A stretch of 64,000 nucleotides of DNA. It comes from a virus. Made by a program: the position numbers and the translations under genes. This document shows positions 30,736 through 41,333 of this stretch, in pieces (the first letter of the stretch is position 1; each line of letters opens with the position of its first letter). The notes under the pieces are model-generated. The model ran no database searches. It was not told the DNA's origin and saw only the letters and a program-made list of their open reading frames with translations. The stretch is from positions 14,876-78,875 of IMG/VR virus record IMGVR_UViG_3300046454_000825. One strand, written 5' to 3'.

Positions 30736-30761
30736 AATTGCGCCGTCGGGTTCGCTATGCT
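30732..30761 (+). promoter_or_regulatory. sigma70-type promoter for the sigma gene
   Basis: TTGAAA-N18-TATGCT. Confidence 0.55.
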
Positions 30762-30774
30762 GCTGACGCTGAGT

Positions 30775-30836
30775 AACGGGCTTCACCCCCAACCGTCGAA
30801 AAGGTCGGCGCATCGGGGGCGAGAGCCCGTTTTTTT
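30775..30836 (+). terminator. terminator-like structured leader immediately before the sigma ATG
   Basis: AACGGGCTT/GAGCCCGTT outer stem, CCCCC/GGGGG inner stem, T7 abutting ATG; no SD. Confidence 0.55.
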
Positions 30837-31457
30837 ATGGACGCTAAAGCCGCAGAAGACCCGAAGCTACTGGCCCACTACGAGGGGCTGGTCAGAAAGA
30901 CCGCCGGGCGGTATGTGAATCGGCTGGAGGAGGACTACGAGGATGTGTGTCAGTTCCTCCGCTACAAGGTGTGGAAAGCGCTACTGTCCGTGGACCCGGA
31001 GCAATTACGAAAACGGGCTCAGACCAGCCAGTACACACCGCTGGAACTGCGCGATCGCTACGTCTTCTCTTGCATTGCCAATGCCGTCAAGGATCTTCTC
31101 AAGCGCAAACGGCACAATCTCCTCTTCATCGAGGACTACACAGCCACCGAGTTCGATGTCTACGAGAGTGGCAGCACAACCGGCGTCGGCAGAAACAGAC
31201 GCGACGAGTTCGATGAGAGATATCTGTGTGAACAGGACACATTTACCGACGTCGACGTGGAGGTTCTCATCCCGTCGACGTTGACGCGCGCCGAGCGGGA
31301 GATCTTACTGCTGATGTATCTCGACTACAAACCCGCCGAGATCGCGGCGCAGAAGGCGGTTCCGCGGAAAGAGATCTCAGCCGCGATGAAGACGATCCGA
31401 GAGAAGATGGCCGACTGGAGCCCCAGCCACGACCAACAGGTTCCGGTCGCGGCTTGA
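30837..31457 (+). CDS. phage sigma70-family RNA polymerase sigma factor
   Basis: Region 2 (YEGLVRKTAGRY...EDVCQ...WKAL) and region 4 HTH (LTRAEREILLL...PAEIAAQ). Confidence 0.8.
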   Translation: MDAKAAEDPKLLAHYEGLVRKTAGRYVNRLEEDYEDVCQFLRYKVWKALLSVDPEQLRKRAQTSQYTPLELRDRYVFSCIANAVKDLLKRKRHNLLFIEDYTATEFDVYESGSTTGVGRNRRDEFDERYLCEQDTFTDVDVEVLIPSTLTRAEREILLLMYLDYKPAEIAAQKAVPRKEISAAMKTIREKMADWSPSHDQQVPVAA

Positions 31458-31458
31458 C

Positions 31459-31653
31459 ATGCGCCGGAAGCTCATCTGCCGGGGGTGCGGGGGCACGGTT
31501 CGAGACCCAGGGATGTGCGGCTTTTGCAGGGAGGAACGCGGCGAGCAGGTGGTGCCCGACGAGCCGGCGCGGCCGAACACCGCCGGCGAGCAACGGCTGA
31601 ACACTGCGCTCATGCGCACCAACGAGTTCCAGAAAAACTGGGGGCTGGTCTGA
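31459..31653 (+). CDS. small zinc-finger protein
   Basis: CRGC...CGFC. Confidence 0.5.
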   Translation: MRRKLICRGCGGTVRDPGMCGFCREERGEQVVPDEPARPNTAGEQRLNTALMRTNEFQKNWGLV

Positions 31654-32616
31654 CTATTCCGGCCAGATTGCTGCGTGGCAGTGCGGGCAGAAGGTGGGGC
31701 GGTCGCAGTACTGGAAGACGTAGGACTCCCAGATCAGCTCGGGTTCAATGCTGAGGTTGTCGGTTCGCTGGGCGAGCACGGTTGGTGCCTCCTCCAAAGG
31801 GCTATCGGATGGAGGAAGGTCGATAATGCAATAGACCTTTCGGTCGGGCTTCCGCTCTCGGAATAAGTCGCCGAGAGCTAGGGTGTGCTTGTACGCAAGA
31901 GTCACAGCAGCTTCTCCTGCTCATGCTGCAGGGTGTAACGCCGGCGCAGTTCCTTGATCGTGATCCGGTCGATGCGATAGCCGGGCCGCGTGAAGCGTTC
32001 GATCTTGCAGTTCCAGGTGCTGACCTCCAGGATCTGAATGTGCGGGCTGGTGGCGCGTAGACGGCTCGGATCCTTCGCCACCCACGTCTGACCGGGTGCT
32101 GGTCTCACTGCATCGGTGCGTAGTTGAGCCAGAGCTGGGCCGAGGTCGAGTAAATGGCCACGCCGCGGCGCTCTTCCGCCCGTCTGACGTCATTGGCCGT
32201 GATCTTGCCCGGTAGGTCGAGCCTGGCCTGGTAGGCCCGGGAGGCGGGCGTTCCGTCTCTCTGCATGGTCGTGACGACGAAGACGCAGTTCATCCCTGCT
32301 CCCTATCCCTAAGTTGCGTCGCAAGCTCGTGACCGGCCTCGGTGATCCCCCACTCAACGGACTGAAATGCCTCTCCGCCCGGCGTCGAGTTCGTAGCTAG
32401 GCCCCGACGTTTGAGAGCGACCAGAACATTCGCTGCCCCCTGTGAGGCGTAGTTCCGCTTGTGGCCTCGGCCGGGGTCGAGCAGGTCGGCCGCTGCCATC
32501 GCGCTTCCGAGAAAGTGGGCCATCGCTCCACTTCCGCTGTAGAGCGGGACGCCGGCCTTGGTCCGTTTGTCGAGCCAGAGAAGCGCGAACCGTTGGCGCT
32601 CGTTTAATGGCTTCAC
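31654..32616 (-). CDS. four small coupled hypothetical genes (31654-31905, 31902-32108, 32105-32293, 32290-32616)
   Basis: 4-bp stop/start overlaps; the 32290-32616 product has a wHTH-like ending (WGITEAG). Confidence 0.6.
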
Positions 32617-33587
32617 GCGACCTGACTCTCGAACTGATCCTCGTAGCGTTCCACGTCGCGCTGTACGTCGTCGACCACGAGCTCAGCATACCCCTGGGTC
32701 TCGGAGATGTTGGCGTGGCCGAGCAGGCGGGAGACGCGCTCGATCGGCATCCCGGCGCGCAGCCAGTTGGTCGCGCACGTATGCCGCATCCTGTGCAGCG
32801 TGAAGTCGCCGGCGTCGCGCAGATACATGGAGAAGCGCCGGAAGTCCATCGGTCGCAGCCAGACGCCCTCAGGACCGATCCTGGTGAGCGAGAGCCACGG
32901 TCGATCGTGCTTGGGCTTCAGTTCGGTGCGGAACTCGATCCAGTCTTTCACCGCGGCGCGCGCTGCCTTGGTGTAGGGCACCTCGCGGAACTTCTCGCCC
33001 TTGCCTTCGCGCACCACGATGTAGGCGTTGTCGTAGTGCATGTCGTCGAGCGAGAGGTCGAAGATCTCGCTGCGCCGGAGCCCGCAGTCGAGCGCGATCC
33101 TGGCCACGGCAGTGAGCTGCAGCCGATGGGCATGGGGTTCGATCCGTTTGTAGGCCGACGTTCCGCGCTTGAAGCGAGCTCGCCATTTTCCATCTGAATC
33201 GAATGGATATTGCTTGGCGATCGCCGGCCAGAGCTTCTTGATCTCCTTCGAGGAGTAGGGGCGCGGCAGTCGCTTCTTGATGTCCGGGAACTTGGCACGT
33301 TTGATGGTCAGGTACTCGTCGCTGGAGTAGAGGCCGGCGTCGAAGGCCCAGCCGAAGAACGGGCGGACCAGCATGCCGTACTTACGGACGGTGATCGGTG
33401 CAAGGTTGCTCTCGTTCAGTGAGAAGAGCCAGCGCTTGTAGCCATCGCCAGTGCAGTCGAGCGGATCGGACACACCAACGAACTGACACAAATGCGCGAG
33501 TGCTTTGCCCTGTTCACGGCAGCGGCATATCGTCAGGCCGTTGTAGTCCTGATACTCGGCTTTGAAGCGATCGAGCGACTCCATCAT
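32613..33587 (-). CDS. tyrosine recombinase (XerC/D-like)
   Basis: GLRRSEI (R), GKGEKFR (K), HRMRH (HxxR), LLGH, TQGY (Y). Confidence 0.95.
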   Translation of the reverse strand: MMESLDRFKAEYQDYNGLTICRCREQGKALAHLCQFVGVSDPLDCTGDGYKRWLFSLNESNLAPITVRKYGMLVRPFFGWAFDAGLYSSDEYLTIKRAKFPDIKKRLPRPYSSKEIKKLWPAIAKQYPFDSDGKWRARFKRGTSAYKRIEPHAHRLQLTAVARIALDCGLRRSEIFDLSLDDMHYDNAYIVVREGKGEKFREVPYTKAARAAVKDWIEFRTELKPKHDRPWLSLTRIGPEGVWLRPMDFRRFSMYLRDAGDFTLHRMRHTCATNWLRAGMPIERVSRLLGHANISETQGYAELVVDDVQRDVERYEDQFESQVA

Positions 33588-34445
33588 GCCTTCCGAATGA
33601 CTGGGCCGTCGTGGTAGTCGTTACACACTACGCAGCGGCCGTTCTTGTTCGGCTTCGGAGCGCGGAGACTGAAGCGATCGTTCAACTTAGAAGCAAAGGC
33701 CTCGGCGTGCTCGTTGGCCTTCCAGCCTTCGCCGGGACCGGTGAAGAACGTGCCCATGTCCAAATAGAAGACAGCCCAGCGGGCCGGCTGCTCAGGGTCT
33801 TTGTCGACCCAGAAAGGAACGTGAGGATTGAGGTTCGTTGGCCGGCTCATGGTGCCTCCCCAGGCGGCGTCCATGGGTCGCCGTGCATTCCACTCTCGAA
33901 CTCATCGGGCTTCGAGCACCTGTACTGCGGCTCGCAATCCTGCTCAACTGACCACATGCACGCTGCGCAGTCCCCACCGCAGTCGAGACGTGGATCACCC
34001 TTACCATAGAGCTCATCTTGCGGGAGAAGTTCTCGGCCGCATATGCCGCAGGCCCTGACAGCCTTCCAGCACATAAGGTTCTCTTGCGGGTGGTCCCGTT
34101 CGAGCATCCGGAATGCCCTGACCCGACTGTCGCGCTCATCCATCTCGGGCGGTGTGCTAACGACGATACTCGTACCGACGTCGAGCTTGCCTAGGACGCC
34201 CTCCACCTTGGTCAGCCGAATCTTCACTATCCCTGACCGCCAGTTGTGACGGGGATGCCGAACAACCGTTCAGGTAGCTTCTTGCCATAGCCGAGCTCCA
34301 AAAGGATCTGGGTCTCGGCGTCGGGCCAGAGTCGAATCATCGTGGGCCGGCGCGCGTTTTTCTTCTCGAACTCGTTCAGCATCGAGGAGACTTCGGCCAT
34401 ACCACCCGAGTGCACTACCATCACGTCGATCATCGGCTTGTTCAT
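33584..34445 (-). CDS. three hypothetical genes (33584-33850, 33847-34227, 34227-34445)
   Basis: Coupled overlaps; the 33847 product has a Cys-rich C-terminus and is paralogous to 45975-46160. Confidence 0.6.
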
Positions 34446-35092
34446 GTGTCGCCCTCCCCCAGGAGCTTCGGGTCGGTGACGTCAGCCGGGTCAATGCCTA
34501 GCTGCTCGGCCTTCGAGACGACCATCGCCTCAATGTCGGCCCGGGCGCGCTGCACAACATTCTCGGCGTGTTCGCTCAGGCTGTTCGCAGCGAATCTCAT
34601 GTTGCCCGGGGCGTTTTTGATCGCGTACTCCAGGGTCTGTCGATTGGCCTTCGTCTTATTCTCCTGGTAGGCGGAGAATGCCGCCTGAATCTCCTCAACG
34701 GCCTTCTCGGCGGCACGACCGACCTCGTCCATGGAGACGGCAAGGCGCGGGTCGTGCTCAACTCCGGGCATAGCCTCCCTATCGACGTGCTCGATAGTGC
34801 AAGGCACGCCGTCGCCCACGTTCATTGTGGAGACGAATGAGGCCCACTGCGCCTCACTCATCGCGACCTCCACAATCTCTTCGCGGCCACCGAGCCAATC
34901 CCGATTGAGACCTCGCCTACGCAACGCCCGCTTGAGGCGGACGACGACGTAGTGTTGGTGGCGGATGTCGCTGTCGAATAGAGCCGCCCCGGGCGGACTA
35001 CTTGAGACGCGCGATGCGCCGATCATCCCCCAAGCGGGGTGTGTTTCGTCGCCTCCATCGGTCGTCGTCGGCTTCGCCGTATCGCGCCTCAC
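34442..35092 (-). CDS. conserved phage hypothetical protein
   Basis: HPAWGMIGASRVS...LFDSDIRH...EVAMSEAQWASFVSTMNVGDGVPCTI, recalled as a widespread phage family. Confidence 0.7.
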   Translation of the reverse strand: MRRDTAKPTTTDGGDETHPAWGMIGASRVSSSPPGAALFDSDIRHQHYVVVRLKRALRRRGLNRDWLGGREEIVEVAMSEAQWASFVSTMNVGDGVPCTIEHVDREAMPGVEHDPRLAVSMDEVGRAAEKAVEEIQAAFSAYQENKTKANRQTLEYAIKNAPGNMRFAANSLSEHAENVVQRARADIEAMVVSKAEQLGIDPADVTDPKLLGEGDT

Positions 35093-36222
35093 GCCAGTTC
35101 CTTCGCTCGCTCGATGCCGGCGTCCGTGAGGATGCGGCCCTGACCAATCTGAATGTAGCCCTGCTCGATGAGATAGGGCTCGACGCGCAGGCTGATCGCC
35201 TTCGAGTCACGGCTCTTGCCGATGCCGGTCGCGATGGTGTTCACGGAAGCATGGTAGGTCGTGCCGCGTGGCGTCTCATGCTTACCTTTGGTAAGTAGAA
35301 AGACGAGCATCCGCTGCATGTCGACGGTCAGCCCGTCTTCGGTGACGCCGTTCATCTCGTGCAGCACTTCGCGCGCGACATCATCAGCGACCACTTTGTC
35401 CTCAATCAGGAGCGCAGCATTCTTCACGTAGTTGTTCACCTGACGGGGGGTACCGCGCGCCGCCTTCGCGAACACCATCGCCGCGGTCGGCGTGACGACG
35501 ACGCCGAGCTTCTCACCGTTCCAGCGCGCCATGCCGGCCAGCGCATCGACGGTATAGGGCTCCAGGAGTGGGCGGATCGGGAAGCGCGCGAGGAAAGGAT
35601 CCGGAAGCATCCCCTCATCGGTCGTGGTGCCGATGATCGTGATCTCCGGGAAGTCGAGCAGGCCCGCGCCAGAGGGCATAACACGATCCTCCATAATGGC
35701 GTAGAGAACCTCAGGCTGCGTCGCCGTCGACTTGCCGCGGCGCTCCATGACTGCCTGTTGGTGGATCTCCTCAATCCTCAGGATGTCGCGGTCGCGCATC
35801 GTAGTTCGAAGTTCAAGCAGTGTGTCGCGCGAGACTGGAGCCTCCACCTCGTAGACGTCGACGCCCATCTCATTCGCGATGACGTGCGAGAACGTCGACT
35901 TGCCCGTGCCGGCGGCTCCGACCAGGAGGGTATGGTCGAGCGGCTGATTACGGCGCTCACAAGCGGAGACGACGCGGCGCATCATCGCCACGGCGGCGTC
36001 CTGGCCGAGCACTTCGGCGAAGCGTTCGGGGCGAAGTGGGTTGCGCGATCGGTCGTCTGAGTGCACGGGCATCGGCGCTTCGCTCGGGATATCTGCCTTA
36101 CCTGCCTGTTGTAGGCGTGCGAGAAGATCGTCGCGGCCGTGAAGCGCGTCGAGCTCGGCCTGGAGCTGCGTCGCTGTTGGCCAGACGGGGACGGTCTGAA
36201 TGGTCGGCCGCGTGCCACTCAT
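35089..36222 (-). CDS. ruvB: RuvB-like AAA+ branch-migration ATPase
   Basis: LRPERFAEVLGQ; LDHTLLVGAAGTGKST; EEIH; EVLYAIMED; GTTT; RGTPR; VEPYLIEQGYI; ATG 36222 by ATGA overlap. Confidence 0.85.
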   Translation of the reverse strand: MSGTRPTIQTVPVWPTATQLQAELDALHGRDDLLARLQQAGKADIPSEAPMPVHSDDRSRNPLRPERFAEVLGQDAAVAMMRRVVSACERRNQPLDHTLLVGAAGTGKSTFSHVIANEMGVDVYEVEAPVSRDTLLELRTTMRDRDILRIEEIHQQAVMERRGKSTATQPEVLYAIMEDRVMPSGAGLLDFPEITIIGTTTDEGMLPDPFLARFPIRPLLEPYTVDALAGMARWNGEKLGVVVTPTAAMVFAKAARGTPRQVNNYVKNAALLIEDKVVADDVAREVLHEMNGVTEDGLTVDMQRMLVFLLTKGKHETPRGTTYHASVNTIATGIGKSRDSKAISLRVEPYLIEQGYIQIGQGRILTDAGIERAKELA

Positions 36223-36626
36223 CGGTTCATCACCCAGAGCATCGCGCGTTCGCAGGGCGCAGGAATAAACGTCACTTCCGGATACATGATGCTGCGCGGG
36301 TTGGAACTGTGTACGTGGCCGGTTAGATGTCCCACCTCGTGGAAGGTTACTGCGCATGCCATCTCGAAATAAGACGGCTGCGCGAGCTGGCGGACAAGGT
36401 AGAGAAAGCACGGCTGCGGTTCAGTCGGAATCGTCGCCTCGCCGCGCAGATCGCCCAGCGACCCGTTCGGCACGATCTCCATGTCGACGGAAGTGCAGTT
36501 CGGTTCGCCCCAATGCGCCACGGCAAGCCGATACGCCATGTTCAGGTTCGGCGTGAACGGCGCGGCGGGTGCGGCCGGCGCGAGTAGGCCAAGCGCGAGC
36601 CCGGCAATCAGTAGGATGCGCTTCAA
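36219..36626 (-). CDS. secreted matrixin/metzincin metalloprotease
   Basis: Signal peptide; HEVGHLTGHVH plus Met-turn SIMYP. Confidence 0.85.
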   Translation of the reverse strand: MKRILLIAGLALGLLAPAAPAAPFTPNLNMAYRLAVAHWGEPNCTSVDMEIVPNGSLGDLRGEATIPTEPQPCFLYLVRQLAQPSYFEMACAVTFHEVGHLTGHVHSSNPRSIMYPEVTFIPAPCERAMLWVMNR

Positions 36627-38543
36627 GTTGCCTCAGTCAGCGCGGCCCACGGCGAAACACCATCGCGCTTGGGGTTGTACTGAGCGGTCTGATGTTCGAA
36701 GTCTTCGAGCCCGTCATAGGGTCCGATGATCGCCTTTGGGTCGACGCGGAAGAGGTTCGCGAAAAAGTCGCCCCACTCATACCACGTGGCAGCCGTATAG
36801 ACACCTGCGCCGATCTTGCCGCTATTGGTCCGCCGGCGCGTGTTACCGCGGACATCCTTTCCATCGTCGGCAGTGAGTGTGAGCTCGAAGGCGCGGGCAC
36901 GCTTACGCGATCCATGCGCCTTATAGTCGACGTAGACACCGCGAAGGTTATTATCGTGAACCGCGGCAACGTGTATGTCGCGCTCGGTGATGATGTCACT
37001 GTGCATTCGCATAAAGGGCCTCCAATGTTGACACTACGCGGGCAACGCGAGCTTGTGCATCGCGTGGATCCTCAACTACACCGATGGGGATGCTTTCGTT
37101 GAGCGCCTTCGCGACTTCGCGAGCTCGGCTCTCATCCATCCAGTCGAGATTCTGCAGGCCGAAACCTTGCCGGCAGACGCCCCAGCCGAACGTTTTGTGC
37201 GATCGACCAAACTGCTCTTCCCATAGTTCGATGGCAGTCCGATTGTTTTCGTCCAGGTCGAGCGCGAGGTAACGGCCATACGTCGCAGGATGAGTGGGAA
37301 TGCCCTCTTCCTTGCCGGCCATATTGACGAAAGGAATGCACACCGGGCCGTGCTGGCGTGGGATCTCGAAGAAGCCAGTCATTTTATCAAGCCCTGACTA
37401 TTGAGACGGTTTGCGGCGCGCTGTGCGTTCTCGCAGGACGAGTAACGAATTAACTGCCCGTTGACCCCATAGTGGTAACGGTCAGCCAATAGAGCTGCGT
37501 CTCGGTAGAGAAACCAGTGACGTGGCCCTGCTCCATTGGACGCGGGACGCCATTTCGCTTCGGTGGTCATACCGGACCCCTAGAGCACGGCGTGATGGTG
37601 ACACGGAAGCGGTCGAGACTGATCCGGGCCTCACCGTCGCGCGACGCGCGTTCCAGGTAGCTGTTCACCGTCATGCGGGTCAGCATCGTGTCGGGGAGGC
37701 CGGCGAACTCCATTAGCGCCGTTCGCGGATCCGTGCGCGCCGGGTCGACCACGAGTTGGCCGAGACCGCGGTACTTGTCCGCCGGCGTGCCTTTGATGAA
37801 TCGGTAGCCGTTCACTAGCTACGCGCCTCCCTGAACCGCTCTTCGATTTTGTCGACGGCCGGGCCGAGAAATTCCTCCCATAGCTTGTCAACGTCCATCG
37901 AGTAGAGATTATCGCCGGCGCTCGTGTCGAACTGGAATTCGCCGCGGTCTTCCATCGTCCCGAGCAGTCCGCCGACGACGCAGCCGGGATCGTGGCTATC
38001 GCTGACGCCGACTCGGTAGCAGGTAATCACGTGTCCGCAGTTCGGGCAGTGATCCGTGTTTGCAGCGGCGTCGACCACGAGCTCGCCGAAACGGCGAATG
38101 TGCTCGCCGACTTCCGCGCTTGCCTCAAACACGAGCAGAAGGAAATTATCCCGCTCCAGTGTCTCTTCTGACCCGGGATTGGTAAGTGTCTCCGGGAGCC
38201 AGTTCTCTGTGCCGCCGACGGCGAGCCAGCCACTGGAGCGGCCGGCACTGTAGGCGGCGGTGAATCCCAGCGCTTTCGCGCGTTCATCCATCAAGCGCCA
38301 GAAATCTTCCTGAACTCCCTGATAGATCGCTTCGACCATCGACTCATCTACCACGTCGAGCGCGTTTTGCACGGCGATGGGATATGTCGAGCGGATATTG
38401 TGATCCCGCACGTCGACGGCGAGCATATTCTCGCGCCGAGAGATTCGTATCGAGTGGCCTGACTCATTGTCAGTAACGGTTAGGTCACTGCCGGTAAAGC
38501 CACCGGTTGCACGAGGTGAGAATGAGTATCGACTCTCAGACAT
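36623..38543 (-). CDS. five early-type hypothetical genes (36623-37012, 36996-37382, 37379-37570, 37567-37815, 37815-38543)
   Basis: Contiguous overlapping ORFs; AATWYEWG and SAGRSSGWL motifs recalled from actinophage early genes. Confidence 0.6.
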
Positions 38544-38939
38544 ATCGAGCTTTCTGTCGAGAAGTTTATGGGTTCGGTTCCGGTAAATACACCCGGACCC
38601 GGGAACATCTCGCCGGCCTGTTCAGTATCCCAGAGTCGACGATATTTCTAGGGCTCTGTTCAGCTTGCTAGAGCCATTCGTCGCACTTTCCGGAGATTGG
38701 ATCTAAGGATGCGTCCCCGTGAGTCGTGCGACGCGCTCACTGAGAGATAGACCGCAAGCCCTGCGAATGGAAGCCCAGCCAACATTATGAGCGCTGGAAG
38801 GGCTTCCATATCGCGAGGCTTGTCGGATTTATCTTGCATGGGACACATTCGGAGGAGTTGGGATTTTCCCAGCTCGCATGGTCTACCGTGGCGAGGGAAC
38901 ATAGAAATATGCTGACCATAGTATAAATGTCCGTAAGGC

Positions 38940-38968
38940 TTGATATATGTAGAGCGGTCGCCGATAAT
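38940..38968 (+). promoter_or_regulatory. host-type promoter driving a leaderless transcript (ATG 38975)
   Basis: TTGATA-N17-GATAAT-N6-ATG in an AT-rich divergent region. Confidence 0.6.
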
Positions 38969-38974
38969 GCATAC

Positions 38975-39893
38975 ATGGACGCATACGGAAGCACTACAGA
39001 AGATGAGAGCCAGAGCCTTAACGCTTGGCTGAATGGTGATGAGCCCAGCAAGCCGGAGCCATTGAAGCCCAGTATCTGGACAGGCACCCTGACGCAGGAG
39101 GCGAAATAATGCGCAAGTCAGCCATTGAGCAGATTCGGCTAGAAGCCAAGGCCGAAGCTTTCAAGCTCGCCGCGGAATTTGTCGACGGCCCAAAACTTGG
39201 CTTGACTCCCGCCGAGCACATTCACCAAATGGCGCGCACTAGCGCCCAGAACCTGGAGGAACATATCAGGCTCCATGGGGAGTATTGCCCATGATTGTCG
39301 GATATACATATCGAGCTGATATTTACTGCCCGGAGCACATTCGCGACCAGATACCGGCCGCGCCTACCGTCGGGACCGTAGAGGAATCGCTAGACCGCTT
39401 GGCAGCTCACCGGAATATCGACCGCGCGGACGAATACTCATTCGACTCCGACGATTTCCCTAAGCCGATCACGCAAGAATCAATCGAGCGGGAAGGCCGA
39501 CTGAGTCAGTGCGGCGACTGCGGCGACGCGGTCGGCGTCGAGACTGACTCACTGATCCACCATTGGGAGACGGAAGCCGCGCAGGCTGGCATTCAAGCCG
39601 CTAAGGATTCGGCGAGCTGGACCGTCGACGGTAATCAGGACGTGGCGGAGCGCGCGCGAGTCCTAGCGATGATGCGGGATGGAGATCCGCAAGCTTTCGA
39701 TTACCTGCCGAGCTCGCCTGACCTTAGCGGGGAATGGGCGGATGGTCCGACGCCGCGGAGTATTGCGGTCGAGATCGCAGGCGCGGAGCCAAGCCCAGAG
39801 ACCGTCGACGTTATCGCCGATGCATGGGAGTCTGGCGTGTCGGATGCTTTCGAGTCGGCGTGCGAAGCGGAATTAATCAAGTTTTGCGAGTAA
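38975..39893 (+). CDS. three early hypothetical genes (38975-39109, 39109-39294, 39291-39893)
   Basis: Coupled ORFs; GYTYRADIYC...DEYSFDSDDFPK motif recalled from actinophage proteins. Confidence 0.6.
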
Positions 39894-39912
39894 ATCGCAT
39901 CTAACAAGGAAA

Positions 39913-40626
39913 GTGAGACATTCGGAGATCATGATTACTGACCACGTAAAAGATATGGCTGCGCGTCGCAGTGAGGACGCAGCAAGCCACGGATATAACG
40001 GCCGCAACGGAAAAGGCGCGGACCTACTGCGAAGCGTTGCGCAAGCCGTGAGAATCGCATCACGCCGCGTAGAAGGTCTCTACGGCGTGCCGACAATCAC
40101 AGCCGCGGAGCGCGCCGAATATACATCGGAGCTTGTCGGCCGCTTGCTTGGAGAAAATGGCGGCAAGATCCCTGACGCAAAAAAGCTCGGCAAGGGATAT
40201 CTTGCCAAGCGCGCGCAAGGAATCATCCTCAACGATCGCGATAGACGGAACGTCGCCTATAGCGAAGGGGATCACGCGGAGCCCAGCATCGGCGAGGCTG
40301 GAGCGGATTCGCGGCTGGATGGGCCGATCATGGTCCCCGCGGAGCTGGAAGCAGCCGCGCGCCGACTCCATCTAAGCATGGCCGGCCAACGTGCGCTCAT
40401 TGCTGCAGTAGTCCCGGCGACGCGCGAGGAATGGGCCGAGCATTACGGCTACAGCAACGCCGATTCCTGGAAGACCATCGCAAAGCGCGGCCGAGCCGAG
40501 CTGCGCGAGATCGGGCAGCACACGTTGCGCAAGGCATTGCGCGCAGCGGAAGCCGCTACCGTGGATCGTCTCGATATCGCAGAGTCGGCGCTGCGCGAGA
40601 TGGTCGACACAATGGAGGCGATATGA
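39913..40626 (+). CDS. divergent ECF-like sigma factor (putative)
   Basis: AAGGA RBS; region-2-like ERAEYTSELVGRL...GYLAKRAQGIILNDRDRR; region-4-like LSMAGQRAL...TREEWAEHYGYSNADSWKTIAKRGRAELR. Confidence 0.45.
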   Translation: MRHSEIMITDHVKDMAARRSEDAASHGYNGRNGKGADLLRSVAQAVRIASRRVEGLYGVPTITAAERAEYTSELVGRLLGENGGKIPDAKKLGKGYLAKRAQGIILNDRDRRNVAYSEGDHAEPSIGEAGADSRLDGPIMVPAELEAAARRLHLSMAGQRALIAAVVPATREEWAEHYGYSNADSWKTIAKRGRAELREIGQHTLRKALRAAEAATVDRLDIAESALREMVDTMEAI

Positions 40627-41126
40627 CCACCACCACGCTGGGCTCTATAGGTGACGTCGAACGGCTGAACAGTGCCAAAGGCAAGCACTTCTTCAGTGAC
40701 GACACCATGCGCTTTTTCTCAAGCAAGATAGAGACCGATCTAATCCGTGGTCGTTTCTTTATCACATCGGAGAAGAATCGCGACGAGAGGCGACGATTCA
40801 CAATCAGAGCCGCGTTTGACGACGGATCTATTGAGACATGCGGCGACTTCCAACAGTTTGCGTCATGGAGCGCCGCAGATAAAGCACTGGCCGAGGCATG
40901 CCGGCATGGCGCGCAAGTCGTCAATGATCCATACGACGATGTGAAAGAGCCCGAGAGAGAGGACTACTTCAACTGGCGTGTGAGGCTGGGTGAGCTGACC
41001 ATCGGAGTCAGGACCACGAAAGCCGAGGCCGAGGCGATGGCCAATCAGCTTCGCCCGGCTGATGCAACCCTGGAGCTGACGCGGCAGATCCCGCGCGAGT
41101 CAGTGGAAGAGGAGGCGAGCAAATAG
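40623..41126 (+). CDS. conserved phage early protein
   Basis: HFFSDDTMRFFSSKI...FFITSE...RRFTIR...GDFQQF motif; ATGA overlap. Confidence 0.7.
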   Translation: MTTTTLGSIGDVERLNSAKGKHFFSDDTMRFFSSKIETDLIRGRFFITSEKNRDERRRFTIRAAFDDGSIETCGDFQQFASWSAADKALAEACRHGAQVVNDPYDDVKEPEREDYFNWRVRLGELTIGVRTTKAEAEAMANQLRPADATLELTRQIPRESVEEEASK

Positions 41127-41200
41127 TTAGCGTCGACGGCGCGCGAGAGGGGACACACCCACCTCGTCACCACCAATAGCCATAAGCAGTAGCAGCGATT

Positions 41201-41333
41201 AGAGCTCTAGGCGGCTTTCACAGCGTCTAGGGCTTTCGTCGTTAGGCACGCTTTGTGCCTAGCGGACATGTCACAAACAGGGTGCGGGATCTTGCATGCT
41301 AACTGAGACTTGCGACACGGTTAGCCGAGATCC
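41201..41333 (+). other. three tandem hairpins (41201-41236, 41241-41263, 41287-41333): terminator and/or structured RNA
   Basis: Stems close with G-U pairs on the + strand. Confidence 0.5.

Noticed and set aside
31654-38900. Separate integrated element or invertible segment
   Set aside because: No flanking direct or inverted repeats seen; gene content is phage-like and shares a paralogue with the + strand block
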